A stretch of 64,000 nt of DNA from a bacterium (lineage in GTDB: Bacteria > SAR324 > XYD2-FULL-50-16 > G965216635): NCBI GenBank assembly GCA_965216635.1, contig OZ244188.1:1120001-1184000 (forward strand), written 5' to 3'. Positions 1 through 12,672 of the stretch are shown piece after piece. Position numbers and translations under genes: made by a program. The notes under the pieces are model-generated. The model searched no databases. It saw only the letters and a program-made list of their open reading frames with translations, and was not told the origin of the DNA. How positions within the stretch are numbered: the first letter of the stretch is position 1; each line of letters starts with the position of its first letter.

Positions 1-2165
<2,165 letters not shown>

Positions 2166-2210
2166 AATAAATCTAACACATAACACAATTCAAAGCTCTA
2201 CTTTATAAAG

Positions 2211-2780
2211 ATGTTTAGCGGAATAGTAGAATACCAAGCCCCATTACTAGATTCAAAGAAAACCGAGGCTGGAATAAAAATCTCTCTAAAATTTGATGAA
2301 AAAAGACTAGAAAATCTAGTAGAAGGAGCTAGTGTGGCGCTCAATGGAGTTTGTTTGACTGTGATAAAAATAGACGGGAATGTGGTTTTTTTTGATGTGA
2401 TAGAAGAAAGCTTGGACAAAACCAACTTGGGTGATTTAAAACTAGGAGACTTGGTAAATATTGAAAGAGCCTTGAAATTTGGAGACGAAATAGGCGGGCA
2501 TTTGCTTTCGGGTCATATTCTAAAAACAGCGTCTTTTTTAAGCTACGACAAAGAGAAAAAATACCATTTTTTTGAAATAGATGCAGAAATCTACCCTTAT
2601 CTGAAACACAAAGGTTTTATTGCTTTAAACGGAGTCAGTCTGACTTTAAACGCAATATCCAAAAATTCCTTCGCGGTAAGTATTATTCCCTATACCTTAA
2701 AAAACACCAATCTCGCTAAAATTCAAATAGGAAATGCGGTTAATCTGGAGGTTGAATTACTCAAAAATCAGACATCCTAG
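2211..2780 (+). CDS. ribE: Riboflavin synthase (alpha chain)
   Basis: MFSGIVE start, duplicated GASVALNGVCLTV / GFIALNGVSLT repeats, GGHLLSGH; C-terminus looks shortened. Confidence 0.93.
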   Translation: MFSGIVEYQAPLLDSKKTEAGIKISLKFDEKRLENLVEGASVALNGVCLTVIKIDGNVVFFDVIEESLDKTNLGDLKLGDLVNIERALKFGDEIGGHLLSGHILKTASFLSYDKEKKYHFFEIDAEIYPYLKHKGFIALNGVSLTLNAISKNSFAVSIIPYTLKNTNLAKIQIGNAVNLEVELLKNQTS

Positions 2781-2897
2781 TTCGGCTATGTGGCTTTTAA
2801 AAAAAATTCTTGCCTTGGCTAGCCGCCTTGGCTAGCCCCAATAGAAAGGTAAGCATCAGCGAAATTCAAAGGTCTATAATACCTAATTCAAAAGTCT
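2766..2897. mobile_element. AGAC/GTCT palindromic element, left-truncated copy plus an extra right-end fragment
   Basis: aatcagacatcctagttcggctat matches the left arm of the copy at 39840; ends aattcaaaggtct at 2875; second aattcaaaagtct at 2885-2897. Confidence 0.8.
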
Positions 2898-2911
2898 CTT
2901 ATAGGATTATT

Positions 2912-4072
2912 TTAAGCACTGCGATACAGTTTGGTCATCACAAACTCTTTATGGCCCAGTGTTTCGGCGCAAGTGTGTCTGCCATTTGCAACTCTAACAA
3001 CATAATCAAAAAGTCTATCTCCAGCTTGATTGAGACTGATTTCCTTGCGAAGTAGATCTGAGACATCTACATCTATATGCTCGTGCATTGTTCTTGCAGT
3101 TCTAGGATTTGCTGTAATTTTAATAACGGGCATAATAGGATTGCCGATAACATTGCCTTGTCCTGTTGGAAAAAGATGCACGGCAAACCCAGCTGCTGCT
3201 TGAAGAGTGTTACATTCTGCGGCTGCCGAAGAGGTATCCATAAAATACAAGCCTTTTCCTTTGCTAGGAGCTTCTGCTGGCTCAAGCGCATCTACATATT
3301 GCAAATTTCCTATTTTTTGGATATTACCCATTGCCTTTTCTTCAATAGTAGTCAGTCCGCCTTCTATATTACCTTTGGTAGGTTGTGATTCGGATAAATC
3401 ACTAGTTTTTTGTTCATCAATTAATCTTGCATAATCATCAAACATAGTTTGAAATTTTTCTGCTACTTGAGAGTTAATGGCTCTTGCCTTTACGATATCT
3501 TCTCCGCCTGTTAACTCGGTAGTTTCTCCAAAGCAAGAGGTGATTCCTAATTGAGTTGCTTTTTCTAAAAAATTACCTACGGTCGGACACGAGCCTAATC
3601 CTGAAGTAGTATCCGATTCGCCACACTTAGTTGCCACCCAAAGTTCAGAAAAATCACATTCTGTTTTCTGTAATTCTGTTGCCCATTGCACAAATTTTTG
3701 CACTTTGTAAGAAGCCGTTGCAGTAGTTTTTATATCTCCATTTTTTTCAATAGAAAAACCTGCCACCGGTTTGCCTGTTTTAGCAATAGCGTCCACAATT
3801 TTCTTCGTCCAACCTGGTTCAATTCCTACTACAATTGCAGCGGCAACATTAGGATTGGAGCCTGTGCCTATCATAGTGCGAAAGTGCAATTCTAAATCTG
3901 CACCAAATTGTAATCGTCCGTAACTATGAGGAAGTGCTAAAGTGCCTTCAACATTAGCTGCAATATTTTCTGCAGCTGCGTTAGAAATATCATCAACAGG
4001 TAGTATTATTACATGGTTGCGGATTCCGACCCTACCGTTTTCTCTTCTGTATCCAAAAAATTTTTTGTTCAT
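2912..4072 (-). CDS. suyB: UxaA-family sulfolactate sulfo-lyase beta subunit
   Basis: [53 protein letters not shown]; adjacent to a SAF protein and hpsN. Confidence 0.88.
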   Translation of the reverse strand: MNKKFFGYRRENGRVGIRNHVIILPVDDISNAAAENIAANVEGTLALPHSYGRLQFGADLELHFRTMIGTGSNPNVAAAIVVGIEPGWTKKIVDAIAKTGKPVAGFSIEKNGDIKTTATASYKVQKFVQWATELQKTECDFSELWVATKCGESDTTSGLGSCPTVGNFLEKATQLGITSCFGETTELTGGEDIVKARAINSQVAEKFQTMFDDYARLIDEQKTSDLSESQPTKGNIEGGLTTIEEKAMGNIQKIGNLQYVDALEPAEAPSKGKGLYFMDTSSAAAECNTLQAAAGFAVHLFPTGQGNVIGNPIMPVIKITANPRTARTMHEHIDVDVSDLLRKEISLNQAGDRLFDYVVRVANGRHTCAETLGHKEFVMTKLYRSA

Positions 4073-4098
4073 AGTATTAAAAGTAATAAATGATAACG

Positions 4099-4386
4099 CT
4101 ACCAGCGTTTAGTTTTCAAATTATGGGTGTGTAAATGAGCTCCAAAACTGACTTCTGCTACACACTTTCCTATATCTACTCCATATTTAATTACTGCATC
4201 ACCAGATTTTAAATTTTGAAGTGCAACTTTATGTCCAATAGGAATATTGTGCAAAACTTGCACTGTAGAAACTTCATCAGTTTCCATATTCCAAACTTGA
4301 CACTCGGTATTCTGCTGAATATCTTCCACAACAGCAACCGCACAAACATCTCCTTTATTGTGCGCTATAAAATGGGGAATTTTCAT
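4099..4386 (-). CDS. suyA: SAF-domain sulfolactate sulfo-lyase alpha subunit
   Basis: [35 protein letters not shown] motif directly upstream of suyB. Confidence 0.88.
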   Translation of the reverse strand: MKIPHFIAHNKGDVCAVAVVEDIQQNTECQVWNMETDEVSTVQVLHNIPIGHKVALQNLKSGDAVIKYGVDIGKCVAEVSFGAHLHTHNLKTKRW

Positions 4387-4465
4387 ATTTAATTTTTTTT
4401 GTTTTAGTTAAAACTTAATTAAACTTTATTTTAAAAATTATTTCAATCCAATTACAAGATGGAAG

Positions 4466-5755
4466 TTAAGGATTTAAATCAAACACTTGGTCTGGAAAGT
4501 ATTTTTTAAGACGAATATCTGCAGTTTTAGCGTGGCTTTCCATTCCTTCTAAACGCGAAATTCTAGCGGTAACAGGTGCAATTTTGTGAACAGCTTCTTT
4601 TGTCATTTTTTGCCAAGTGACTGTTTTTAAAAATTTACTTACAGAAAGTCCGCCTGTATATCTTGCTGCTTTTTTAGTAGGTAAAATATGATTGGTACCC
4701 GCACTTTTATCACCAAAAGCAACTGTCGTTTCTTCTCCTAAAAATAAGGATCCATAATTAGATAAATTTTCTAACCACCAATCTAGGTTTTTGCAGTGAA
4801 CTTCTAAATGCTCTGAAGCGTAAGTATCAGAAATTTCAACGGCTTCCTCTTTATTATCTACTAAAATTATTTCTCCATAATCCTTCCAAGCTGCTTCTGC
4901 ATTTTTACAATTTAACTCAGGCAACCCTGCTATAATACTAGGTATTTTTTCTACTACATTTTTTGCTAATGCTTCGCTAGTAGTAATAAGCCAAGCAGGA
5001 GAATTATAGCCGTGCTCTGCTTGCCCAACTAAATCATAGGCTATAATTTCTGCGTCTGCAGACTCATCAGCAATAATTAAAATTTCTGTAGGTCCCGCAA
5101 ACATATCAATACCTACTGAACCATAAAGAATTTTTTTTGCCTCTGCTACAAATTGATTTCCGGGACCCACTAAAATATCAACTGGTTTATTGCCAAAATA
5201 GCCAAATGCCATAGATGCAACTGCCTGCACTCCGCCCATAGCTAAAATACTGTCAGCACCGCATAAATTTAAAGTGTAAAGCATAGCAGGGTGCATTCCC
5301 TCTTTACTTGGTAAAGAAGCACACACAATATTTTTTACTCCAGCAACTTTAGCCGTTGTTACGCTCATTATTGCGGATGCAATATGACAATACCTCCCTG
5401 CTGGAACGTAACAACCAGCACTTTGTACTGGAATCAACTTTTGTCCTGCTGTCAAACCAGTGACTAACTCCACAGAAGTTTCTCTTAAAGTTGCCTTTTG
5501 CTCTTCAGCAAACTTTTTCACTAGCTGCTGAGAAAACATAATATCTTCTTTCAGTTTTGTTGGAACTTTTTGAGCCTCAGCTTTTATTTCTTGCTCGCTA
5601 ACAATAATTTTCCCGTGCCAATTATCTAGTTTTGCCGCATATTCTATAGCTTTTTGCTCTCCATTTTTTTCAATATCTTGCAAAATTTTCCCTACTATTT
5701 CTGTTACATTTTGAGAAGTTTCGGGGATGTTAGATTTTTTTAAATAACGCACCAT
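4466..5755 (-). CDS. hpsN: Sulfopropanediol (DHPS) 3-dehydrogenase, histidinol dehydrogenase family
   Basis: AGCYVPAGRYCHIASAIM, GPGNQFVAEAK, QAEHGYNSP, GDKSAGTNHILPT, C-terminal LKKYFPDQVFDL typical of HpsN; TRAP and suyAB context. Confidence 0.9.
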   Translation of the reverse strand: MVRYLKKSNIPETSQNVTEIVGKILQDIEKNGEQKAIEYAAKLDNWHGKIIVSEQEIKAEAQKVPTKLKEDIMFSQQLVKKFAEEQKATLRETSVELVTGLTAGQKLIPVQSAGCYVPAGRYCHIASAIMSVTTAKVAGVKNIVCASLPSKEGMHPAMLYTLNLCGADSILAMGGVQAVASMAFGYFGNKPVDILVGPGNQFVAEAKKILYGSVGIDMFAGPTEILIIADESADAEIIAYDLVGQAEHGYNSPAWLITTSEALAKNVVEKIPSIIAGLPELNCKNAEAAWKDYGEIILVDNKEEAVEISDTYASEHLEVHCKNLDWWLENLSNYGSLFLGEETTVAFGDKSAGTNHILPTKKAARYTGGLSVSKFLKTVTWQKMTKEAVHKIAPVTARISRLEGMESHAKTADIRLKKYFPDQVFDLNP

Positions 5756-5773
5756 AATATTTATATATTAATT

Positions 5774-5914
5774 GAGACTGTTGAATTAGACATTATAGGA
5801 AAGCTAGACAAGGCGCGAAAATTTTTTATTACAAGGAATACTGAAGTATTTTGAGTGATAAAAAATTTGAGCAACGCCGTATAGCTGAACTAGAATGTCT
5901 AATTCAATAGTCTC
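5774..5914. mobile_element. AGAC/GTCT palindromic element, full copy
   Basis: 21-bp TIR gagactgttgaattagacatt / aatgtctaattcaatagtctc (1 mismatch); flanking duplication taatt(g); internal ggaatac-tgaa-gtatttt hairpin. Confidence 0.9.
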
Positions 5915-6903
5915 TAATTGACTAAAATTACTTTAGGTTTTAGTATTTTTTTTGCTAACAGATTAGAGAACTTTTCTTGTCCCTTGCTTAACGAACTTTC
6001 CTCAAACCAGTCTAGCTTACCAAAATATCCTTTTTCCATAGCTTCCACAGTTAGCAAAAAATTGTCTTTAGTATAAGTATATATTCCCAAAAAATCTATC
6101 TCTTGTAAAGTCATTTTCCGAATATCAAGCCCGTCTTTTGCTGTGGCTAAACCTATATGAGAAATTATCCCACCAGCTCTTGCATAAGCGCAAGCAGTTT
6201 CACGACTTTCTTTACTACCAAAAGCATCCACTACTATATCCATTGTTGCTTCTTCTGGTTTATCTTCGCTATTAGGATCAAAAGATAAAAAATCACCTAT
6301 TTTTTTTAGTTCAACACGCCGCAAAGGATTCGGCTCTGCGATAAAAATCTCCTTAGCTCCAAAAAGCAAAGCACTCAAAGCTGCTGCTACGCCAATGGCA
6401 CCTCCTCCTAAAATCAAAACTCTAGCTAGTGGGAGTTGTCTGAGTGTACTTGTTTTTTGTATGGTGCGATAACCACAGGCTAAAGGCTCTGCTAGCGCAG
6501 CTTGAGAAAAAGAAAGTTTGTCGCTAATAGGAATAAGATTTTCTTCTGGAATACAAAGATATTCTGCAAAAGCGCCTTGTCTTGGATTCATAGAAATAAT
6601 GCTTCTTAGCTGACAAAGATTATCTCTGCCTTGATAACAAAATCTACAAGAACCACAAGTAACTAGCGGATTGATAGTAACTCGTTGTTTTTGTTTTTTT
6701 CCTTCTAAAACTATACCTGCTGCTTCGTGCCCTAAAATTAAAGGAGGAGTTCTTCTTTCGTCGTGCCCTAGATAAGCGTGCATATCTGAACCACAAATAC
6801 CTACAGATTTAACTTGGATAAGTGCTTCGTTCTCTCCGACTATTGGATCGGGCCATTCTATGTAAGAGCATTTTTGCGTTTCTTGATAAACAAGTGCTTT
6901 CAT
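5914..6903 (-). CDS. hpsP: Zn-dependent alcohol dehydrogenase, probable DHPS 2-dehydrogenase (HpsP-like)
   Basis: GICGSDMH, GHEAAG, CGSCRFCYQGRDNLC, GGGAIG; between TRAP genes and hpsN. Confidence 0.75.
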   Translation of the reverse strand: MKALVYQETQKCSYIEWPDPIVGENEALIQVKSVGICGSDMHAYLGHDERRTPPLILGHEAAGIVLEGKKQKQRVTINPLVTCGSCRFCYQGRDNLCQLRSIISMNPRQGAFAEYLCIPEENLIPISDKLSFSQAALAEPLACGYRTIQKTSTLRQLPLARVLILGGGAIGVAAALSALLFGAKEIFIAEPNPLRRVELKKIGDFLSFDPNSEDKPEEATMDIVVDAFGSKESRETACAYARAGGIISHIGLATAKDGLDIRKMTLQEIDFLGIYTYTKDNFLLTVEAMEKGYFGKLDWFEESSLSKGQEKFSNLLAKKILKPKVILVN

Positions 6904-6906
6904 TGA

Positions 6907-8217
6907 TTAATTTGCTTTAAAAGCCCACAAAGAAAGTTGCGGGAAAAAAGCTATGAGTAAAACAACTATTAGCATAGCTAAAACATACGGAATGGCTCTA
7001 TAAGCAATTTTTAGAACAGAAGTTCCCGTCAATCCAGAAATCACAAATAAATTTAAGCCAAAAGGAGGGGTAATAAAACCAACCCCTAGTGAAGTAACCA
7101 TTAAAATACAAAAATGAATTTCATTCATCCCTATTTCTAGTGCAAGAGGAAATAAAATAGGTGATAAAATCACAATGTTGGGAGTAGTCTCCATAACTAA
7201 GCCTGCCATAATAAGCACAAAAATCATAATCAGTATAATAATAACGTGATTATCAGTGAAAGAAGTCAAAGATTGCACAATAGCTTGAGGAACTTGTAAA
7301 ATGGCTAAAGTTTGTGCAAATGGCAAAGACATAGCAATAATAGGTAAAATTATACCAGTAACTTTAGCAGAGCTTATCAAAATTTTTGGAATATCAGATA
7401 TCTTTACCTTTTTTTCTATAAACCCTATTACAAAAGTAATAACTACAGCTACTACTCCTGCTTCAGTCGGAGTGAAAATTCCAGAATAAATACCTCCCAA
7501 AATAATAACTGGCACACTCAAAGCATCAAGACCATTAATAACTGTTCTTAGCCATCGTCTAAAAGAAAATTTTTGCGCGTTATTTTCATAACGGTAAATA
7601 AAATTCATTATAAGATTTGTGATTAAAATAGAAAACATAACCATCAAACCAGGAACTACAGCAGCTAAAAAAAGTGTGGAAGCAGAAATACCTAAAATTA
7701 GACCAATAATAATATAAGCAATAGATGGCGGAATTAAAATACCTGTGCAAGCACCAGCAGCAACTAAAGCACAAGCATAGGGTTTGGGATAACCTTGCTT
7801 AACCAATCTATTAATCGTCATTCTCCCAACAGCTGTGGCTCCAGCCGCATCTGATCCTGAAATACAAGCAAAAAAACCACAGCCTAGCACAGTCGCAGTG
7901 CCGAAACCCGCTTTAAAACTTCCTACCGTAGCCTCGGCTATGTCAAGTAATTTGTCGGACAATTTAGTCCTAACTAAAACATCTCCTGTTAAAATAAATA
8001 AAGGAATGGCGAGTAACGCAAAAGCGTCTATACCGTCAAAAAGCGCTTCTCCTAATAAAGAAAGAGGTAAAGCCCCTGTCAACTGTAAGAGAGCTACAGA
8101 ACCTAAACCAAGTGATACCCAAATAGGCACACCTAGTACGATTAAGACTATAATTCCTATCAATGGCAAGTAAAAATCCCAACCAAGATCTATTACTGCT
8201 TGTTGTAATAATAACAT
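6907..8217 (-). CDS. hpsM: TRAP transporter large permease (DctM family), DHPS uptake
   Basis: LLAIPLFILTG, GILIPPSI, GIFTPTEA, GFITPPFGLNLF. Confidence 0.85.
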   Translation of the reverse strand: MLLLQQAVIDLGWDFYLPLIGIIVLIVLGVPIWVSLGLGSVALLQLTGALPLSLLGEALFDGIDAFALLAIPLFILTGDVLVRTKLSDKLLDIAEATVGSFKAGFGTATVLGCGFFACISGSDAAGATAVGRMTINRLVKQGYPKPYACALVAAGACTGILIPPSIAYIIIGLILGISASTLFLAAVVPGLMVMFSILITNLIMNFIYRYENNAQKFSFRRWLRTVINGLDALSVPVIILGGIYSGIFTPTEAGVVAVVITFVIGFIEKKVKISDIPKILISSAKVTGIILPIIAMSLPFAQTLAILQVPQAIVQSLTSFTDNHVIIILIMIFVLIMAGLVMETTPNIVILSPILFPLALEIGMNEIHFCILMVTSLGVGFITPPFGLNLFVISGLTGTSVLKIAYRAIPYVLAMLIVVLLIAFFPQLSLWAFKAN

Positions 8218-8741
8218 TAATTTTCGTCTTCAAATAATTTTGTTTTAGTGCGTGCTGGTTTGTTTTGGTAGAAGTTTTTACAATCACAAAAAATTGCTTG
8301 CAGAGTGCGAATAATAATCAGCAAGAATCCAAAAGGAACAGCACTATTAAAAATAGCCTTACTAATTCTTAACCCATGTGTCACAGACTGAAATTTTAAA
8401 GAAACAAGAACAGTTTCTAACGACCAATAAAAAGCGTAACAGGATAGTACTAGGGTTAAAATTCCACTCAATAAAAAAAATAAATTCTTGTATTTTTCCG
8501 AAAAAGAAAGAGTTAAAACATCTATGCAAATATGAGATCTGTCTCTAACGACAGCAGCAGTAGAGATCCAAACAAGGTAAATAAAAGCGTAACGTGCCAC
8601 TTCTTCTCCCCAAATAGAAGAATAACTAAGCACAAAGCGGCGAAAGACTTCAATAAAAACTGATAAAACTAACAGAATGTAAAAAAACAACATTAGCCAT
8701 CTTTCGCCATTTTGAGCAACAGTTTTAAGAAACTGTTTCAT
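8217..8741 (-). CDS. hpsL: TRAP transporter small permease (DctQ family)
   Basis: 4 TM segments, WGEEVARYAFIY, RSHICIDV. Confidence 0.82.
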   Translation of the reverse strand: MKQFLKTVAQNGERWLMLFFYILLVLSVFIEVFRRFVLSYSSIWGEEVARYAFIYLVWISTAAVVRDRSHICIDVLTLSFSEKYKNLFFLLSGILTLVLSCYAFYWSLETVLVSLKFQSVTHGLRISKAIFNSAVPFGFLLIIIRTLQAIFCDCKNFYQNKPARTKTKLFEDEN

Positions 8742-8749
8742 TCTAATTC

Positions 8750-9919
8750 TTAAGCATCGTGGACATAGTAGCGAGAAGCTGTTTTAGTTGCTTTCTCTAA
8801 ACTACTAAATATTTTTGAAGAACCGGCTAGCTCTTTTTTAAATCCATCCCACTCTTTTCTTTGATAGCCCCCTGCTTTTACCCATTGATTTAACTCACGT
8901 TTATTCGGAGAATAAAAATTCACCCCAGATTTTTTCATTTCTGCAATAGCAAAGGCTCTAGCTGCTGGAACTTTAGATAAGTTTTGATGAAAAGTAAATT
9001 CACTTGCTTCCATCAAACCATTACGAGCTTGTCTCGAAAGAGCATCAAACCATTCTTTATTACAAGAATAGACTTGGCTATCTGGAACTGCTTGTGTAAA
9101 GGTTACCCAAGAAAGAATATCCTTAAAACCAAAAACATACAAAGCACCTGCTGCTGGATCCAAGGCATCAGCTACTCCTTGTTTAATAGCAGAAGGAGTT
9201 TCACCCCAAGCTACAGGAGTAGGATTAGAACCTATCAAACGGTAATATTGTTGTAGCATTTTAGAACCAGGTACACGAAATTTTACTCCTTTCAAATCAG
9301 AGGGAGTTTTCACGGGACCTTTCAGACCTTTTCTTACTGCTACCACACGAGGATCAATAACCACATACCAAAGAGGAACAAAACCTTTTGCTTCCACCTT
9401 TGGATTGACATTTTTTTTCCAAGCATCCGAAGTCACTAAATTGACAAATTTCTGATTAGCCCCACAAAAATAAGGCAGATTGATTAAATCTACTACAGGT
9501 GCAAAAGGAGCAAAGTTTGATAAAGAATGCTGAGCTGCTTGGATTGTACCCTGTTGTACCTTTTGAGCCAAAGCACCACCAGCCCCTAATTGTCCACCGG
9601 GAGCCAATTGAACATAAATTTCTCCGTTAGAAGAGTTTTGTATGTTTTCTTTAAAATCAAGTTGCATAATAGGATAGCTACGAGAAGCACCAAGGATATA
9701 AGCTGTCGCTATCGTCATTTTATAGCGAGCATTTTTTTTCCTGTTTTTTTCTTCTTTAGCTGTTTGAGCAACGGCTTTTTTAGAAAACAAATAATTTCCA
9801 GAAACAGCCAAAATAGCAGTAGTAGCCCCGTATTTACTTGCTGTCTTTAAGAACTCTCTCCGTCCAAGTCTTTTAAGACTTTCTTGCTTTTCGGCTACTT
9901 CTTGTGTATTTATTCCCAT
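8750..9919 (-). CDS. hpsK: TRAP substrate-binding protein with Tat signal
   Basis: RREFLK twin-arginine motif, DctP features (KFRVPGS, PTPVAWGETP); start placed at second Met (9919). Confidence 0.82.
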   Translation of the reverse strand: MGINTQEVAEKQESLKRLGRREFLKTASKYGATTAILAVSGNYLFSKKAVAQTAKEEKNRKKNARYKMTIATAYILGASRSYPIMQLDFKENIQNSSNGEIYVQLAPGGQLGAGGALAQKVQQGTIQAAQHSLSNFAPFAPVVDLINLPYFCGANQKFVNLVTSDAWKKNVNPKVEAKGFVPLWYVVIDPRVVAVRKGLKGPVKTPSDLKGVKFRVPGSKMLQQYYRLIGSNPTPVAWGETPSAIKQGVADALDPAAGALYVFGFKDILSWVTFTQAVPDSQVYSCNKEWFDALSRQARNGLMEASEFTFHQNLSKVPAARAFAIAEMKKSGVNFYSPNKRELNQWVKAGGYQRKEWDGFKKELAGSSKIFSSLEKATKTASRYYVHDA

Positions 9920-9988
9920 ATTAATATTATTATTGAGGGTTAAAAATAGAAATCGCATAAAATTTATGAGATTTCATTTAAATAAGCG

Positions 9989-10079
9989 AGACTATTGAAT
10001 CAGACTAGTCCAGACAAAATAGGCTTACCTCTTTCTCTCTATAGTCTTTAGCAAAAGTGAAATGCAAATTCAATGGTCT
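9989..10079. mobile_element. AGAC/GTCT element, degenerate copy
   Basis: agactattgaat ... aattcaatggtct ends. Confidence 0.65.
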
Positions 10080-10100
10080 ATAAACTATTTAAAAAGATTT

Positions 10101-10304
10101 TCAAACTGATTTAGATCTTTCTAAAATAATAACTCCAATTACAAAAAAAAGAGTTACCATGCACAAGCATATAAACTCACCAACATCACCCAAAAAACTC
10201 TCTCCAGCTCCACCTAAATTTTGATTGATTTTTCCATAAACTAAATTTATGAAAAATAAAGCAAAAAATAACGTAGAAATTATAAAGCTAAACTTGGATT
10301 TCAT
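10101..10304 (-). CDS. Small 2-TM membrane protein upstream of hpsK
   Basis: Two hydrophobic helices around FLGDVGEF; co-oriented with the cluster. Confidence 0.65.
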   Translation of the reverse strand: MKSKFSFIISTLFFALFFINLVYGKINQNLGGAGESFLGDVGEFICLCMVTLFFVIGVIILERSKSV

Positions 10305-10312
10305 TGGTTAAT

Positions 10313-10465
10313 AGACCTTTGAATTTGCGTTATGTGACGGCTAGCCAAATGGTTAGAACAGGTGCAAAAAAAATTTTTAGCTCGCAGGAATACTCAAGTA
10401 TTTCAAGAGTTAAAAATTTTTTTTTAACGCTGCATAGTCTAAACAGAATGCAAATTCAAAAGTCT
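10313..10465. mobile_element. AGAC/GTCT element, full copy (153 bp)
   Basis: agacctttgaatttgcgtt ... aatgcaaattcaaaagtct; flanks ggttaat/agttaat; near-identical to 39538-39680. Confidence 0.92.
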
Positions 10466-10585
10466 AGTTAATTTGATTGAAGCGACTTTAACAATAATAC
10501 AAATTTCAATAATAGTCAAAAAAAAACTATTTCAATAAAATAATATTTTAGATTTTACCATTCCTAGCCATAATCCTACTTTTTT

Positions 10586-11599
10586 TTATGCAGTACTTTC
10601 TAGATGCTTGTTTTTTTCTTTGATAATATCCAAACGAGCAAAGAGGTCGTTACCTAGTTGTAGCATTAAGTCCAAAATATCTATAAATACCCAATTTTCT
10701 ATGAGTAGGCTTTTTTCTTGCCTCCAAAAGTCCATCACTCGCATTGTGATTTTTTTGTTTGTGGGGGTAGTTCCTAGCCAATTGCCTCCACTATGAGTCG
10801 CTTTTAAGCTGGGCCAACCTGTGCTAACGGCGTATTTTCCTTCGGCAAAGCGTAGATCGTGGTTGCCTCCTTTACGGTCTGGAAATGCGGTTAAAAAAGG
10901 TTTTTGGTGATAATCTTGAAAACCAACAATACCCTGAGTGCTACCAATTCCAGCAGGTCCATACCACATCATTTCTGGATGCCAGTATTTTTTCAAATCC
11001 ATTCCTCCAAAATCTTTACCATCAAAATTCATTAATCCTTTAAAAAGCATATCTTCTACAATTTGAAGGGTTTCTTGAGAAAGGGATTCGTCTTGTGGCT
11101 GCGTTACAATTCCATCTTGAGTTCGGGGTGAGGAAACGAGCATCTCAGAACCTAAATCTGGGGGTAAAACACGGTAACCTGCTTGTTTCATTAGATCTAT
11201 TAAATCAATGATTAGAATAGCACGAACGATTTTCCCTTTTTTCAATTGGAAAGATTCGCCAAACCGTAAGTGGTTGATTTTTCCATTAGCGGGAATGCCC
11301 AAGTAATCTTTCTTAAAAATACCCACCATATAACCTGTAGTGCTAATCCATTCTTGGTTGTTACAATTTCCGCCAATAAGAATATCATTTCTTCTTTTTA
11401 AACCGCAGAAAGATTGATATAGGGGAAATAAGTATTTTTCCAAATAAGCGCTCGCTCCTTGTATTTGGTTTATTGGATGATAGGCATCCAATAGTATATT
11501 TTGCTGAAAGTTTTCTGCTACGGATTTTCTGATTTTTCCAAAATCTCCTGTATCTAGGGTTTGGAAGTGTTGAAACAGTATTGTTTTATTTTCGTTCAT
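10586..11599 (-). CDS. Tandem SnoaL-like/ester cyclase (NTF2-fold) protein
   Basis: WYGPAGIGS, FLTAFPDRKGG, ATHSGGNWLG..RVMDFWR..ENWVFID. Confidence 0.8.
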   Translation of the reverse strand: MNENKTILFQHFQTLDTGDFGKIRKSVAENFQQNILLDAYHPINQIQGASAYLEKYLFPLYQSFCGLKRRNDILIGGNCNNQEWISTTGYMVGIFKKDYLGIPANGKINHLRFGESFQLKKGKIVRAILIIDLIDLMKQAGYRVLPPDLGSEMLVSSPRTQDGIVTQPQDESLSQETLQIVEDMLFKGLMNFDGKDFGGMDLKKYWHPEMMWYGPAGIGSTQGIVGFQDYHQKPFLTAFPDRKGGNHDLRFAEGKYAVSTGWPSLKATHSGGNWLGTTPTNKKITMRVMDFWRQEKSLLIENWVFIDILDLMLQLGNDLFARLDIIKEKNKHLESTA

Positions 11600-12648
11600 T
11601 TTATTCTTTTTTTGGTGTTATAATCAAATAGTAAAAAAGCAGATTCTTTTCCTTGAAAAAAAATCTGGCTGTTCATTTCTTGCTTAAAATCTTTGGAAGC
11701 CGAAGAATGAATAACAGTATCTTTGAGTTTCATAGCAACTAGGGTTTGATTGCCTAGCTTTTCTAAATTATAAATTTTACCATTAAATTGGGCTTTACTC
11801 TTGGAAGTAACTACAAGGTCTTCGGGACGTATTCCTAGATAAGCCTTTTGGTTTTTTATTTTTTTACTAATTTTTACTTTTACTCCTTCTGCTAAAAAGA
11901 ATTGGTTTTGGATTTCCCCTGAAATTAGATTCATAGGTGGAGATCCAATAAAACCAGCTACAAATATATCTTGAGGTTTGTCGTATATTTCTTGTGGAGT
12001 TCCAAGCTGGACAATTTCTCCCTTGTTCATTATAGCTACTCTATCCGCCATTGTCATAGCTTCTATTTGGTCGTGGGTCACATAAACAGTCGTGATTTTT
12101 AAAATTTTTTGTAATCTTTTTATTTCAGAACGCATAATCACGCGTAATTTTGCGTCTAAATTAGAAAGAGGCTCATCCATCAAAAAACAGTTCGGTTGCC
12201 TTACAATAGCTCTTGCAAGAGCTACTCTTTGTTTTTGTCCGCCAGAAAGTTCTTTAGGTTTCCTGTGCAAAAAATCTTCTAACTCTACCATTTTAGCAGC
12301 TTGGATAATCTTTTCATTATGAAGATTTTTATCAATTTTACGAACTTTGAGAGGAAAACGAATATTGTCATAGACCGACAAATGGGCGTAAAGTCCATAA
12401 TTTTGAAAAACCATTGCTACATCTCTTTCTCTGGGCTCTAGTCTGTTGACGATTTTATCTCCTATGATTATTTCTCCTTCATCGGGAGATTCTAATCCTG
12501 CTATAATTCGCATACTTGTTGTTTTTCCACAGCCAGAGGGACCCAAAAGAACCAAAAATTCTTTATCTTTGATTTCTAGGTTAATGTTTTTTACCCCGTA
12601 AAAATCTCCCCATTTTTTAGTTATCTTTTTAAAAATAATTTTTGCCAT
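11596..12648 (-). CDS. Sugar-type ABC transporter ATP-binding protein (MalK family)
   Basis: GPSGCGKT, VAMVFQNYGLY, LSGGQKQRVALAR, TOBE-like tail. Confidence 0.93.
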   Translation of the reverse strand: MAKIIFKKITKKWGDFYGVKNINLEIKDKEFLVLLGPSGCGKTTSMRIIAGLESPDEGEIIIGDKIVNRLEPRERDVAMVFQNYGLYAHLSVYDNIRFPLKVRKIDKNLHNEKIIQAAKMVELEDFLHRKPKELSGGQKQRVALARAIVRQPNCFLMDEPLSNLDAKLRVIMRSEIKRLQKILKITTVYVTHDQIEAMTMADRVAIMNKGEIVQLGTPQEIYDKPQDIFVAGFIGSPPMNLISGEIQNQFFLAEGVKVKISKKIKNQKAYLGIRPEDLVVTSKSKAQFNGKIYNLEKLGNQTLVAMKLKDTVIHSSASKDFKQEMNSQIFFQGKESAFLLFDYNTKKRIK

Positions 12649-12672
12649 AGTTTTTTTTTGTCTCGTAAAAAA

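Noticed and set aside
2810..3055. 81-aa ORF
   Set aside because: Starts in element sequence and runs antisense into suyB.
2912..4386. Altronate dehydratase uxaA
   Set aside because: Split SAF + catalytic arrangement next to hpsN fits SuyAB better.
4466..5755. hisD for histidine biosynthesis
   Set aside because: Motifs and TRAP/suyAB context fit the HpsN subfamily; no his genes nearby.
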